A stretch of 55,692 nt of DNA, the filler included, from Sphacelaria rigidula (lineage: Eukaryota): the NCBI GenBank assembly GCA_964200075.2. It is 5 parts of 5 records of this genome, joined end to end, with 100 filler letters (N's around TTAATTAATTAA, not from the genome) between each part and the next. Parts side by side here need not be neighbours in the genome. Positions count along the whole stretch, not along the records: positions 1 to 11,060 come from CAXNAA020005460.1; positions 11,161 to 22,219 come from CAXNAA020005461.1; 3 more parts are not named here. One strand, written 5' to 3'. Shown one piece after another: positions 1 to 11,356 of this stretch (its first letter is position 1; every line of letters starts with the position of its first letter). The position numbers and the translations under genes are program-made. Below the pieces are notes generated by a model. The model saw nothing but the letters and a program-made list of their open reading frames with translations, was not told the DNA's origin and searched no databases.

Positions 1-503
1 TCACGCTGCTCGCTCGTCATACGCGAATAACACCCCTTTGCAGCTTCGAGCATGCAAGACGTGTCCACAGCTACGCGCTGCTCCGGCGGCATTTCCGTGA
101 ACTCGGCATCCACCTGTCCTTCAAGCAGACACCCCTGCGAATCATCTGAAGGATCTCCCGCCATGTCACTGGCGCAGATAGATTCACCATGAGCAGGGCA
201 AGCTCCTAGCTCACGCTGCTCGCTCGCCATACGCGAATAACACCCCCATGCAGCTTCGAGCATGTAAGGCGTGTCCACAGCTACGCGCTGCTCCGGCGGC
301 ATTTCCGTGAACCCGGCGTCCACCTATCCTTCAAGCAGACACCCCTGCGAATCATCTGAAGGATCCCCCGCCATGTCACTGTCGCAGATAGATTCACCAT
401 GAGCAGGGCAAGCTCCTAGCTCACGCTGCTCGCTCGTCATACGCGAATAACACCCCTTTGCAGCTTCGAGCATGCAAGGAGTATCTCCAGCTACGCGCTG
501 GTC
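1..503 (-). repeat. 210-bp tandem repeat (about 2.4 units) encoding a 70-aa unit on the minus strand; second copy of the array at 5384-6005
   Basis: Units start at 1, 211 and 421 (tcacgctgctcgctcg...). They are near-identical to each other and to about 5500-6005. The array is cut by the contig start. Confidence 0.95.
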
Positions 504-879
504 AACCTTTGGAGATACTCACGTTATACTTGTTCACATATAAGCCTACGTATTCGGTAGTTTCCGCCCATTTTCACGCCAGCAGCGGCAATCACCATCG
601 CCCACAGTCAGTTTCTGCAAACCGCACGAAGATGGTTCCACTTTTTGCGCGAACAATAATATACGAGCTTTATTTCATTCAGCACACAGCAGTGTATTGA
701 AAACTGCCTCACTCTGACTCTTCATCAGACATCAGGCATATCTGTCACACCTGCATGCTCATATTTCACTCAGCAGCTTCTTTGCGGAAATAACCATGTA
801 TCATGCGTGCCAACCAGCGCAACACAACAGACAGGTCCAGGAACCATACCACCACCACCTACAATCGTCCACATAACGA

Positions 880-2040
880 TTCAGGTATACAAGTCACAAT
901 GTGCTTCCTCATTCTCAACAAGCAATTCGACTAGTACTTGCTCCTTAACATCACCCAACCCGGCGCTCACCGCATTATCGAGCACCTCAGGCAATGCCTG
1001 CCTTGTAATTCTCCTGCACTCCTCCTGAGAAACAGCAGCTCTCCGGCTACAATCTCGTCCACAACGTAGAGTGGCATTTCCACTCTAACAGTCGCTCCTC
1101 GCATCGATGCAGCTACAGCTCTCACAGCTGTCCCGAAAACCAGTGTGCAATGCCCACTGCACGGCAGGTACCAAACCCACCCAAGCGTTGGCATCGAGTC
1201 TTCCTCTCTGCATTACGACCTTCAAAGAAAATGATCATTCGCTCACATTCACGATGTGACAACCGCGAATTGGCCACCACAAATCTGCGATCCATCAGCG
1301 CCTTCTTGAGCACTCTCACCACACGATTCTCATATTGCAATATCGTATCGCTGACCCATCCCTCCTGCGGCCCCAGCGCTTTGCACCATATCAACAGATG
1401 CTTCACCGTCGTTGCCGCCGTACACGACTCCGCGGGCTCCAACCGCACGAAGTCGCCCGGGTCATCCATCCTTACCAATATGTACTTGACCCGATCTCCT
1501 TTGTCCAAGCCATTATCTCCCAACGGACCACCCTCGTCAACACTGAGAAAATTGAAATGAAAAGCCTTCCCTGGGCGAGCACCATGCACCACCTCCTTGT
1601 GGTGATGGGACACTTTCTCCCCCGCCTTGTATGCACTCATCCAGCGAAAACAGGACTTCTCGGGTGTTGAAATCGCCGCTCTCGCCCACTCTACCTGCAA
1701 ACTACAGTACACGAGCCCGAGCGCCACCAATGTTGCGATGCAGCGTGCCAACCACGCCATTCTGATCGGAAAGTACGCCCTCGGCCGAGCCTTTGCCTCC
1801 ACAGCAACAGGTTTGAATTTCATCTTCCAGTGCTCGACGCGAGCAGGCGGATAACCATGCAGCACTCGCCTAAAAATGCTCGCTCTGTTCCGTACAGGCT
1901 CACGAAGCTGGTTACGTCGCTCTCCGATATGCCGTTATCCGCAGCGGCTTGTACTGCCTCCTCCGGCGCAACATCAAGCTTAGCAAGCTCTTGTTCCGGG
2001 GATATGCTCATCGCCGGACTTCTCGACAACAATCGCTTGA
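880..2040 (-). mobile_element. Degenerate Ty3/Gypsy pol fragment: pre-RT region and RT N-terminus fused to the integrase core
   Basis: ORF 1122-1865 begins with LHGYPPARVE...KARPRAY...GLVY (RT N-terminus). It continues directly into HFNFLSV...YILVRMDD...FVRLEPAESCTA...LLIWCKALG..WVSD (rve integrase), homologous to 7747-9133. Confidence 0.85.
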
Positions 2041-2099
2041 ATGAGGAATAAACGGACTCCGCCGGGGTATTTCAGTGTGTTTGCCTCGAATGACATGTA

Positions 2100-4100
2100 C
2101 CCTGAAACCCCACGAAAACCAGTGTAGATGTGTCAAGTATTCTGGATCTATGTGAGTGACAAATGGTGATGGCGGATATTTGGGACATGAGCAACATCCA
2201 TGAGCTTGGCCACCACGTCCTGCCTGTCACATCTAAAAGCAAGAGACAAATTTCCTCCGCCTACGATCGGGTAATTACTACCACCTGCGCATCGTAGTAC
2301 CCTACCTTGACACTTTTTATACTCCGTCCCCCTACTGGAATCGGGGGAGGAATGCTGGGTAGCCCCCATGCCGAACACCCACGGTCCGCCTTCACCCTGC
2401 TGTGTATCGCCCCCCTGCCGATCATACAATGCGTACTCGCCTATTCCGTCTTCGATGGTGGTGTCGAAAGAGGTGAAAAGCCTCCCCATCCGCGTCCGAG
2501 AAAACTGAGAAGTTGTCGCTGTCGTCGACCGCACCCATGGCAATCACCACATCCTCTTTCTTCCATCTCGATCTCGGACAGTCCCAAAATTTGTACCCCG
2601 ATTGACTGCCCTCGCACAGTATATCTTTGGGCAGTCCTTGGCGCGATGTGTCATCCTCTTCGCAAATGTGGCAGTGGACCAGCTTCACAGTCGCCGGTTT
2701 GCCATCCGGCGATGTCGACCCAGAGCTCTCGAAGTCTGTCTCCCGCCATTTTTCTGACCAGAGCCTTGGGGTATCCCCTGTTTTCCTTTGCGGTGTGCAC
2801 CGCTCGGTTTTCCGGTCCCACCCCTGGCGAGGAGAGCCTGATCGCTGAGGATGTATTCTCTCCCCGGGCAAGTTCCTGCTCGAAAATGGCAAACTCGAAG
2901 CGCTTTCGGACCGAGGTTATCTCAACCTCTCGTGAATGCGACCCCTTCCGATCCCCCAGCAATTGCTTCTGAATATTATACTCGTACGGCAGGGTGTTAA
3001 CAAATTTCAAGAGAATATATTTTCCGCTGAGGGGTTGATGCTACTCGTATGAATTCAGGTCTCTTGCAATGTCTTACATCACCAGCTGCTTCTGCTCTGG
3101 ATCGTCACGAACACTGATATTGACTCCATCAAACTTTGCCAAGAACGCTCGTCTCGCCTCATTTGTGTTGGGGCGAACGACATCTACAAGTTTTCTCCAG
3201 ACTGCACCAGGTGAGTGAAGTCTGAGCAATAAATACATCTCGCTCTCCCTTGCCTTCGAGACCAGCAACAATCATCCGTCTTGCCCTCACTTGGGCTGCC
3301 ATAATGTCATTCCCGTGTCTAGTCTCCAGATATCCCAGTGATAGTTCAGGGTCGCCAACATCTACGTCGTGCAAGAGTCATCCTACGATAGGGGGGGGGG
3401 GGTATTTGATCGCACAATAAAAGAGGCTCAAAAGTGTGTCAGACTACCTGCCACACTCGCGGTGCGCTTGTATTTGGTTCAACACGCTATCAATCGGTAT
3501 CAACGAGCGTTATATATCTATAACAAGCTCGTTCGAGCAACCGTTGCTCCTTTCAAGGACGATTTGATCTGGAATTTCGTGCAAGAAGTGACCCATAATA
3601 CCTCCCCCCCTATCGTAGGATGACTTGCAAACTGTCGCCGGCCATGGTAAACACCCAGTCAATTCCTTCGTCCCTCGCGAAGTTGATAAGCTTATCATGC
3701 TTGAACCGTTCGAACTCTGAGTTTTTCCGTGAAAATTTGGGCACGTTCTGTCGAGAAACGGGCACCAGAAACATTTCCACTGCATCGTACACATAGACTG
3801 CCTCACGTTAGGGGACAGAGCCCCTACGTCCGTCGTCTCTGGCTCCGATGTCCCTGGCATCGCGAGCTCCTTCCTCTGGTCTGGCTTGAGTCCAGATGTA
3901 CTGGCGGTTTCGTCGAGCCCAATTCGTTCTGGAATCCCACTGTGAACCATGGAAACCATCACTATCGAGGACGTCATTGCTTTCAACCCCCCCGGACCCT
4001 CCCACTACCCTCATTCCATTCACTTGACCCAGTAATGCAGTATTGTTTGACTTCAAGTCACGCAGTAGCTCAGCCATGGAACTCAGCAGGCTAGTCACTT
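2100..4100 (-). mobile_element. Degenerate Ty1/Copia gag-protease region
   Basis: Frameshifted pieces: a UBN2-like gag segment (VWRKL...NEARRAFLAKFD...DDP; FVNTLPYEY), zinc-knuckle remnants (CHIC...; FWDCP), and a protease/Pol_BBD-like segment (WVFGMGATQH...GGSNYPIVGGGNL...DVAHVPNIRHHHLS). Confidence 0.8.
3375..3626. mobile_element. MITE (about 252 bp) with G-rich TIRs and 4-bp TSD GCAA, Sola2-like termini, inserted in the Copia gag
   Basis: Left end gagtcatcctacgatagggg...gtatt; right end aatacctccccccctatcgtaggatgactt; flanked by (t)gcaa on both sides. Removal rejoins the gag reading ...AGDSL-HDVDVGDPE. Confidence 0.85.
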
Positions 4101-5383
4101 ACTTTCCCCAACTTTTCAATAGCACCCTGTTCACTGACTACTGGAGAAAATCCACCACATTGATCTGCCATTTTGCCCAACCGGTTGTATTTCGTTTGTC
4201 CTCCTCCTCAAACAAAATCAGAGCTTCAAAAACGGGATGAGATCACCGTCCGGTGCTTACCCACACCAAGTTTCATGCGGTGATATGTATTTTGGGTTAG
4301 CCGAGGAAGCAGTGCGGTTCGGGGCCTGGCACGCACAGTATGCCTGTTCAGCCCGAAGATGGTCACCAGTTGGAATACGCTTATTTAGGTACAGCTCAGA
4401 TGCTTGGATCTTGGTCGTAAGGCTAGCTATTTCGATGATACCCAATGCTCGCTCTGCAACGCTGTTGAACTGGGGTGAGTCTGGAGCTGTCTTTTCCTAT
4501 TTGATCTTTTCCCTGTCACACAGTCGACTGAATGCGCATTCCGACCGAGTGCTAACTAAATGGCTAAATGGCGGCGTTCGTTCTGACGAACAAGATGTAG
4601 ACTGGCGTTCAGAATAGAGTGGATGACAACACAATGCACGACATGAACTAGGTGTCGTTCCAAGACGTGTGTGTCCTCAAGCCCCATTCAGCTGCCCTGC
4701 ATGTTGTTTTTTTCGCTGAAACAAAAGATAGTTACTCACTTGATTACAAAATGTGGCTTACAGGCAGTTTCCGCCCAAAATCAGGTTTAACCCATGTACT
4801 TGTATAGAGCCTACATCAAACAACTTTTTTGTGACATTGAGTGCCCAGGATACGATCAAGATTGAGAAGCGATTAATTATTGAATAGGATAGCTTCAATT
4901 CCGAAATCCCCCCCCAAACCTTTGACGAGGCCCGACACCCTCTCTGTAGTGGCTTGCCACTGAATCCTTCGATATCCCTGTGTAGGATATTGACGTGTAG
5001 CTGTAAGCCCTCGACAGTTAGAGTCAAGGATAAATTGGTCACGTTAGAGTCAAGGATAAAACTCACTCTCAATCAGCGCTAGACCATCAACCTCCCGAAA
5101 CATTGTTATCAACCGCATTTTCTTGGGGATATATATGTGCCAACATATGTTACAAACATGCGGTATAGGCGGGTTTGTTCTCAGCATTACGCCGCGATCA
5201 ACGCCGCCAAATACGCCAAACCTATCCATGCATACATACAGTAGTGCACACGACCACCTCAACACCACGCGACGCTCGTCGTCGCCGCCAGAATTGTGAT
5301 CGCTAACAGCATCACGAGCTTGTAGCTCGCTCTGCGTACCCGCTTCACGCGGGTCACACTCCCCTATTATTTCGATCATACAT

Positions 5384-6005
5384 GGCGTGTCCACAGCTCA
5401 TCCACCTATCCTTCAAGCAGACACCCCTGTGAATCATCTGAAGGATCTCCCGCCATGTCACTGGCGCAGATAGATTCACCATGAGCAGGGCAAGCTCCTA
5501 GCTCACGCTGCTCGCTCGTCATACGCGAATAACACCCCTTTGCAGCTTCGAGCATGCAAGACGTGTCCACAGCTACGCGCTGCTCCGGCGGCATTTCCGT
5601 GAACTCGGCATCCACCTGTCCTTCAAGCAAACACCCCTGCGAATCATCTGAAGGATCTCCCGCCATGTCACTGGCGCAGATAGATTCACCATGAGCAGGG
5701 CAAGCTCCTAGCTCACGCTGCTCGCTCGCCATACGCGAATAACACCCCCGTGCAGCTTCGAGCATGTAAGACGTGTCCACAGCTACGCGCTGCTCCGGCG
5801 GCATTTCCGTGAACCCGTCATCCACCTGTCCTTCAAGCAGACACCCCTGCGAATCATTTGAAGGATCTCCCGCCATGTCACTGTCGCAGATAGATTCACC
5901 ATGAGCAGGGCAAGCTCCTAGCTCACCCTGCTCGCTCGCCATACGCGAATAACACCCCCATACAGCTTCAACCATGCAAGGAGTATCTCCAGCTACGCGC
6001 TGGTC
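5384..6005 (-). repeat. 210-bp coding tandem repeat array (about 3 units)
   Basis: Three successive units are visible in both the DNA and the protein. Confidence 0.95.
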
Positions 6006-6707
6006 CGACGGCAACAAGCAACTGGGACCTCCGCCCACCAGTACTTGCTCATTGGCCCATATAGGCCCCGCCCTCTCAACATCGCCAGCAGCAGTAGCAG
6101 TATCACCCATACTCGCTGCGGCCGCCACCTTCTGTCCGGCTTGCTCCTCGACGGCAATAGCGGAAACGCTTCTAGCCCTCTCGTGCCTGCGCACTTGGAC
6201 AGGCCTATGTTGTGTCGCCTTCTTGCCCGTCAAAATGTCTTGCCTATCTCCACCGCCGCCGACCTTCACACTATCTTGCACCACACTCGGCGATGCATAA
6301 GATGCATGCCTGCGCAGCGCAAAGAACAATTTCTCTTGCCGAACATCCTTCGCACCATCCAAAAATGTGTCACATAGACAGTCCTCGATATGTGCGGGCA
6401 TGAGGTCAGAGACCGCTGGCTCCTCAACAACGTGCCAGCGTGCTTGACGCTTGTTGGTTGCGTGCATCTCACGAAGGTAGTCCTCATACTTCCGCAGAAA
6501 CTGAGCAGATTTTTCACTTGAGAGCTTGCGACCGTAGTAGGGCATATCCAGAAATCCTACACGGACAGCGCGACCATCGATGACAACATATTGTTGCGGC
6601 GCACGAACAACATGGCCATCCACCGCGACATACTCCTGCACCTCGTACATTTCGGTCAGCAGTACAGCACTCCACACGCCTTTCTTGGAAAACAAAGTCG
6701 CCTCCAA
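5406..6707 (-). CDS. Gypsy-type Gag-like protein (433 aa) with about 3 C-terminal 70-aa tandem repeats
   Basis: The N-terminal FLRKYEDY..EMHATN...VSDLMP..I..CL...ALRRHA aligns by eye with the neighbouring gag (EYKKRVEHAN...MAQLVP...AAIKKHA). The C-terminal repeats read CYSRMASEQRELGACPAHGESIC... Confidence 0.65.
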   Translation of the reverse strand: MEATLFSKKGVWSAVLLTEMYEVQEYVAVDGHVVRAPQQYVVIDGRAVRVGFLDMPYYGRKLSSEKSAQFLRKYEDYLREMHATNKRQARWHVVEEPAVSDLMPAHIEDCLCDTFLDGAKDVRQEKLFFALRRHASYASPSVVQDSVKVGGGGDRQDILTGKKATQHRPVQVRRHERARSVSAIAVEEQAGQKVAAAASMGDTATAAGDVERAGPIWANEQVLVGGGPSCLLPSDQRVAGDTPCMVEAVWGCYSRMASEQGELGACPAHGESICDSDMAGDPSNDSQGCLLEGQVDDGFTEMPPEQRVAVDTSYMLEAARGCYSRMASEQRELGACPAHGESICASDMAGDPSDDSQGCLLEGQVDAEFTEMPPEQRVAVDTSCMLEAAKGCYSRMTSEQRELGACPAHGESICASDMAGDPSDDSQGCLLEG

Positions 6708-7126
6708 CTCACAGGAACAACAACCCTAACCTCATACCAAGACGCGCTGTACCACCTTACAACGACGACCACACACGACTTGTCTTCCTAGCCGTACCTG
6801 GCCAAGCGTGGAACACGCAACCCTCGCTTGCTCCACCAGGCAGTAATCGCCGCGTTTCTGGAATGTGCACAGGCTCGGCAGCTGTCGGTTAACCCCCCGC
6901 ACATCTCGCACGAGCGATACCACAGCCCACCCTAGCACTGCCTCAAAACCTCCTCGGCTCTACTTCTCCAACTCCTCGCGACGTTAGCACGCCTTGAGCT
7001 GGTCTTGTTTGCTGCAAACTGATCAGGCCTGCAGACTTCCCTATCTTGAAGTGTCAGCTGCTTTTTAGCGGATCTACCGCCATCAGCGGACCTCATGAAC
7101 GTTCATTTTAGACTTCTGTCACTCAA

Positions 7127-7139
7127 GATCAGATCGCCA
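7127..7139 (-). promoter_or_regulatory. Putative primer-binding site (TGGCGATCTG..., possibly tRNA-Arg)
   Basis: TGG directly follows the CA end of the LTR. The tRNA identity is inferred only. Confidence 0.5.
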
Positions 7140-7365
7140 TGTGGACTTCTCCCATCACGGGCACATGGGCTTCAGCAGCTTTAGGTATCCACATATTAAC
7201 CCTTAGCATAGTACAGGAGAACAGGACCATAGCCTCTCTCCACCAGAGTGGCAAAACCGGCTCTACCTGTCATGGAGGTCACCATCACAGAGTCCGGCAA
7301 TCAGACCCGCAACTCCACCAACAAATGCCCCTAACCTTAGGTAACAATGATGGCTAGAGTCTACA
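7140..7365 (-). repeat. Putative 5' LTR (226 bp, TG...CA)
   Basis: The minus strand begins TGTAGACTCT and ends AGAAGTCCACA (imperfect terminal inverted repeat), immediately followed by TGGCGATC. It starts exactly where the host integrase reading breaks (...LKDVFQH|). Confidence 0.65.
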
Positions 7366-10300
7366 GTGCTGAAACACATCCTTTAAGTCCGCTGTTATAT
7401 TAAGCTGTGAGTCTGCCTAAAAGCGCAGACGAGCTATATGGGCGGTCTGAACACGACCCGAAACAATGTTTTGGATCTCCAACACATGCGAGTGATGAGC
7501 ACCAACCACTCTCCACTGACAAGTTCACGTCGCGATCAATTTCGGCGTAACTCCCAGGCGACGCACGCGTGCATACAAAATATAATCGCCTACCTCGAAA
7601 TCCGGCAATTCCAGCCCCGACGAAGACCCCTGACGTCTACGCGCACGTTCACCGGCAACACGTTTCTGTACTCGAACGTGGAAACGTTCTTGCAAGTCCA
7701 ATACTCCTTGCAATGAACTCTTAATTTGAACATCGTCCAAAACATCTCACTTCCCTTCCCCCGCCGACGAAGACGCCAGCACCGAGAAAGACGTCCGAGG
7801 TGCACGACCAAAAATCACGTGATACGGCGTACTACCGTACCGACGGCGATATGCTTTATTTAGCGCAAATTGCACAGCCGGCAACACGTCCACCCATCCG
7901 AAAACCGCCCTACGCTGCTCGAGAAGAATAGATCGAAGAGCACGAACTACTTCCTTGACCATGCGTTTGCACGTACCATTAGACCATGGAGAATACCCTA
8001 CCGCAAACTTGTGATCAACGCGCAAAGCCTCCCGCAATGGAGCCAATTTGCGCGGCACCCCCAAAGTTTTGCACCAATGTAGCAGAGATGCAGTAGTCGA
8101 TTCAGCAGTACACACTGCTACTGGTTCCAGAGCCACAAATTTGCTCAAATCACCCATGACTACAAAAATGTATCGAAACCCAGCATCCTCCGACAAACCT
8201 TGGACAGCTAGCAACCGACTCTCGCCCACGTATAAGAAGTCAAAATGAACGACTTCATTCGGCGTGGTCCCATGGACCATTTCGCCGAGTGGGCGGGGAA
8301 CAACATCGCCCGCCCTCGAGTCAGTGAAGACACTGGCGGACAAATTCATGCTCATGAGTTTCTATCCCCTGCCAGACACAATACTCTTGCATGCGCACGA
8401 GCGTCGCAGCCACACCACGATGCCCGGCGTCGTGCATGTGCGCGCAATTCATCAGACGTACTTGCAACTGCTGGTCAGAAGTCGGAATGATTAAGACGTT
8501 TCGGCCACACACATGCACACAAAACAGACCTACATTGTCCAAGATAGCAGTACTAACATCCGACTCGAAAGATTACACATCCGCAACTTCGGCCCCAAGG
8601 TTTTTTCGTTTCGCTTGGCGGATAACAGATTTGGACGGCATCGAGTCATCAGGTTCACACGGACCATAGACAGCCACAGCGCGTACAGGCATTTCAATTT
8701 CAACTGTAGCCGCCTGCATGATCAACCTACCCCGATGGCACTCAAATTCATTCGGAAACATGAACGCCTCACAATCAGAACGAGGATGGAGCAGCGTCAC
8801 GGCATGAGCCACCAGATCCTTCGCTACCCCCCACGCCTGCAGCCTGCCCCCCGTCCACGATGCAGCCTTCTTCGGAAATGCTATATTTCGTAACACCAAC
8901 CCGAGCGCCAAAAAAGCCGCCATTAACAACGCCAACCAACTCGACTTCACTGGATCGTACCGCCGCGGCTTCGTCTTCGCCGCGGACGCCCCAAGTTTCT
9001 GGCTGGACACGCTTGAACTCCACGCGCGCAGGGGGATCACCCCGCAGCGCACGACGAAACGCGTTGACGCGGCAATGCAAGATGCCGCGCAGGCGCTCCG
9101 CTTTTGAGACGCTGAGGCTTTTCGCCCCAGCATCCGCCACGCTCTCCTCCAGCGCGACCTTCCGAGCGGACTCCTCTTCCGTCGGGTCCATGAACATATC
9201 CGGCCCGCGCTTTACTAAGCATTCCACCGCCTCAGCTGGGGTCCCACCTGCACCACCCGTTGCGGGGCAGCAGCCCCTGCGACTGAGCCGGACCCAGAAC
9301 CGGACGCCAGCTGACGCTGCTGGGAGCTCGACTGCACACCTCCACCGCTGGAGGATCCGCCTCCGCCACCACCCCAATCACCTTTTCCTCCTTTGTGATT
9401 ACAAGGGCGCGCGGAACTTGCCTGCCCAGAATTTCCCTCGGAAGGCGTTGGGTACTTGCGTGCGTAGTGGCCTACCTGGCTACACTGAAATCAAGTGATA
9501 TTGGCCGCGGCACTGCCTGCGGATTTTGGTCCGCGGTTACGCGAGCTCGAAAACTGCGGCGACGAAGTGGATGATTTCCCGAATACTTCAATCTTCCGCC
9601 ATACCTGAGCCTCGGCCACCACGGTATCCATAACTAAGTACGGGTGTGACTTCCGATTGGTTTCGTGCTGTAATTGCATAAGCACGACCTGTTTGAATTC
9701 CGCCGGTGCCAGACCCTCCAACATCGCTTTCGTGATCACCACAGCGGGCCCTTGATGGAATTTCCCATCGGAGCAACGATAAACCATCTCGACGTTGGGA
9801 TTTTCCGAAAAATATGTCTCCAACTTTCCCATGATTGGCTCCACCCTCTCTCAAGCATGGTCTTCCCCTTGTGGTGTATGACGACAGCCTTCGCCACGGC
9901 CGCGGACGCGTGGGTTAGCTCTACCTCAGCGCCCGCCGCATGCCTTGCATGCTTCTTGATCGCTGCAGCCAATTTCAGCTGCGTTTTTGTGTTTTTCTCA
10001 TGAAATCTTCTCGCAAAAAAGCGTTTGAGGGTGTAGACTCTAGGCTAGAGTCTACAAGGGGGGTAGGCACGAGCTGCGCCATGGAAACCACCTGACCTTA
10101 CCGCACCCCCCGCATTCGCATGCTCCACCCGCTTCTTGTATTCCACACTCAGAATACAAACTCCCGTCACTGTGAGGCCGCAACTCTTTTCTCAGAACAA
10201 CTGGGGTTACGGTCGTCTCCGCTGGCTCTTCGGGCGGTACCTCTGTAGTCGACATTTACCAGCGGACCTAATCGAAGGCTTCTGAGCCTTCTCGAACTCC

Positions 10301-10850
10301 ACAGTTCACACCTGCCTTCGTCGCCGCACCACACAGCCGTGGGGCCCCATAAACTCCTGCTGCACGCAGCTCGAGCAAGTATCCAGTCTGGATCAATCAC
10401 GGTTCAGCCGCCTTTGCAGCTACCTCAGCTTGAACCCTCCTCACGCGTCTGTGAAGCAATATGTTCAAAGCTGTCCAGACTCCTTTCTACTGAAAAATTT
10501 CCAGCAGTCATTAACGACAGCACAACAAGCACGACTAGCACTAATATCGATATTGTGACGCCAGCAGATTGCTAGTACTGCAGCGTCTGATGCTGTTGAG
10601 GGATTCCTCAGTTCCACTGGCCTCAGGTTTCAGTTGTTAGCCTTCACAACACCTTTTATTTTTTTTGAGTGCCAACCAGGCGGCTCCATCAACCACATCA
10701 GGGTATCACCCCTGTGTCCATGTCATCATCCATATCATCCCTACAGATCCCAAGTCATCATCCAATCATCACTGTATACTCAACATGACGGCGTGATTTC
10801 ATCACACGCTCGAGAGACTGGCACCAGGTGTACACGCGTGTCGATGACGA
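7366..10850 (-). mobile_element. Degenerate Ty3/Gypsy LTR retrotransposon (gag, deleted RT/RNase H, integrase)
   Basis: Gag at about 10255->9491. RT N-terminus LRGDPPARVE...KPRRYDP...GLV. Integrase H2C2 zinc finger (CAH...GHRGV...FVRQCLH), rve core (VVHFDFLYVG...YSPWSNGTCKRM...WVDVLPAVQFALN) and C-terminal WRVV...EIQNIVSG...H.ARLRF. The 5' boundary is uncertain; a possible PBS TGGTGCCAG lies at about 10826. Confidence 0.9.
10032..10056. mobile_element. 25-bp palindromic micro-insertion with 4-bp TSD (AGGG)
   Basis: aggg-TGTAGACTCTAGGCTAGAGTCTACA-aggg. Deleting the 29 bp restores the gag frame MAQLVPTPLKRFFARRFHEKNTKTQLKLAAAIKKHA. Confidence 0.8.
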
Positions 10851-11060
10851 CATCACCAGAGATGGAAGCAACGACAGAGAGGAAGGTCCTCGCTCGTGTC
10901 CTTTGTGTGTCTTCGCTCGGCAATTACCAATCGCTCGAGAGACTGGCACCAGGCGTTTTAGCAGCATGTACCCAATTTCTCATGTGCTGGCAGGCATGTC
11001 ATATTGCTGTGCACAGTCCCCCAAAGAACATCGACGTGTGGAGGGATCTCGTTTCGTCTT

Positions 11061-11160
11061 NNNNNNNNNNNNNNNNNNNNNNNNNNNNNNNNNNNNNNNN
11101 NNNNTTAATTAATTAANNNNNNNNNNNNNNNNNNNNNNNNNNNNNNNNNNNNNNNNNNNN
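11061..11160. other. Artificial contig linker (N44-TTAATTAATTAA-N44)
   Basis: Six-frame-stop spacer, identical at four sites. Confidence 0.98.
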
Positions 11161-11356
11161 AGCCGGGACGGAGCACGCCGGGTTTTCGCCGGACCAGGCT
11201 CGCACCCAATTACCAAGTGCCAAGCGCCGTGATGTGTCCGGCGAGTCGCATGAAGGGTGAGCTGTATCCTGCTAAGATTGTTCGGTTCGAAGCGTACTGA
11301 TTCATCTTGCATTTAAATGACAGCCTCCAATAAGTTGCTTTATTTTCTGGTATCGG
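11161..11356 (-). mobile_element. Partial copy of the ~320-bp LINE-tail-related repeat
   Basis: Matches 29370-29700, 43225-43531 and 50484-50802. Cut by the contig start. Confidence 0.85.

Larger units (their letters stand above)
5050..7365 (-). mobile_element. Gag-only (non-autonomous) LTR element inserted into the integrase end of the adjacent Gypsy element
   Basis: A 5' LTR at 7365->7140, a PBS at 7139->7127 and a gag-like ORF at 6707->5406. No pol or 3' LTR was found on this contig. Confidence 0.65.

Noticed and set aside
1-6005. CRISPR-like array
   Set aside because: 210-bp contiguous coding units without unique spacers, in a eukaryotic context.
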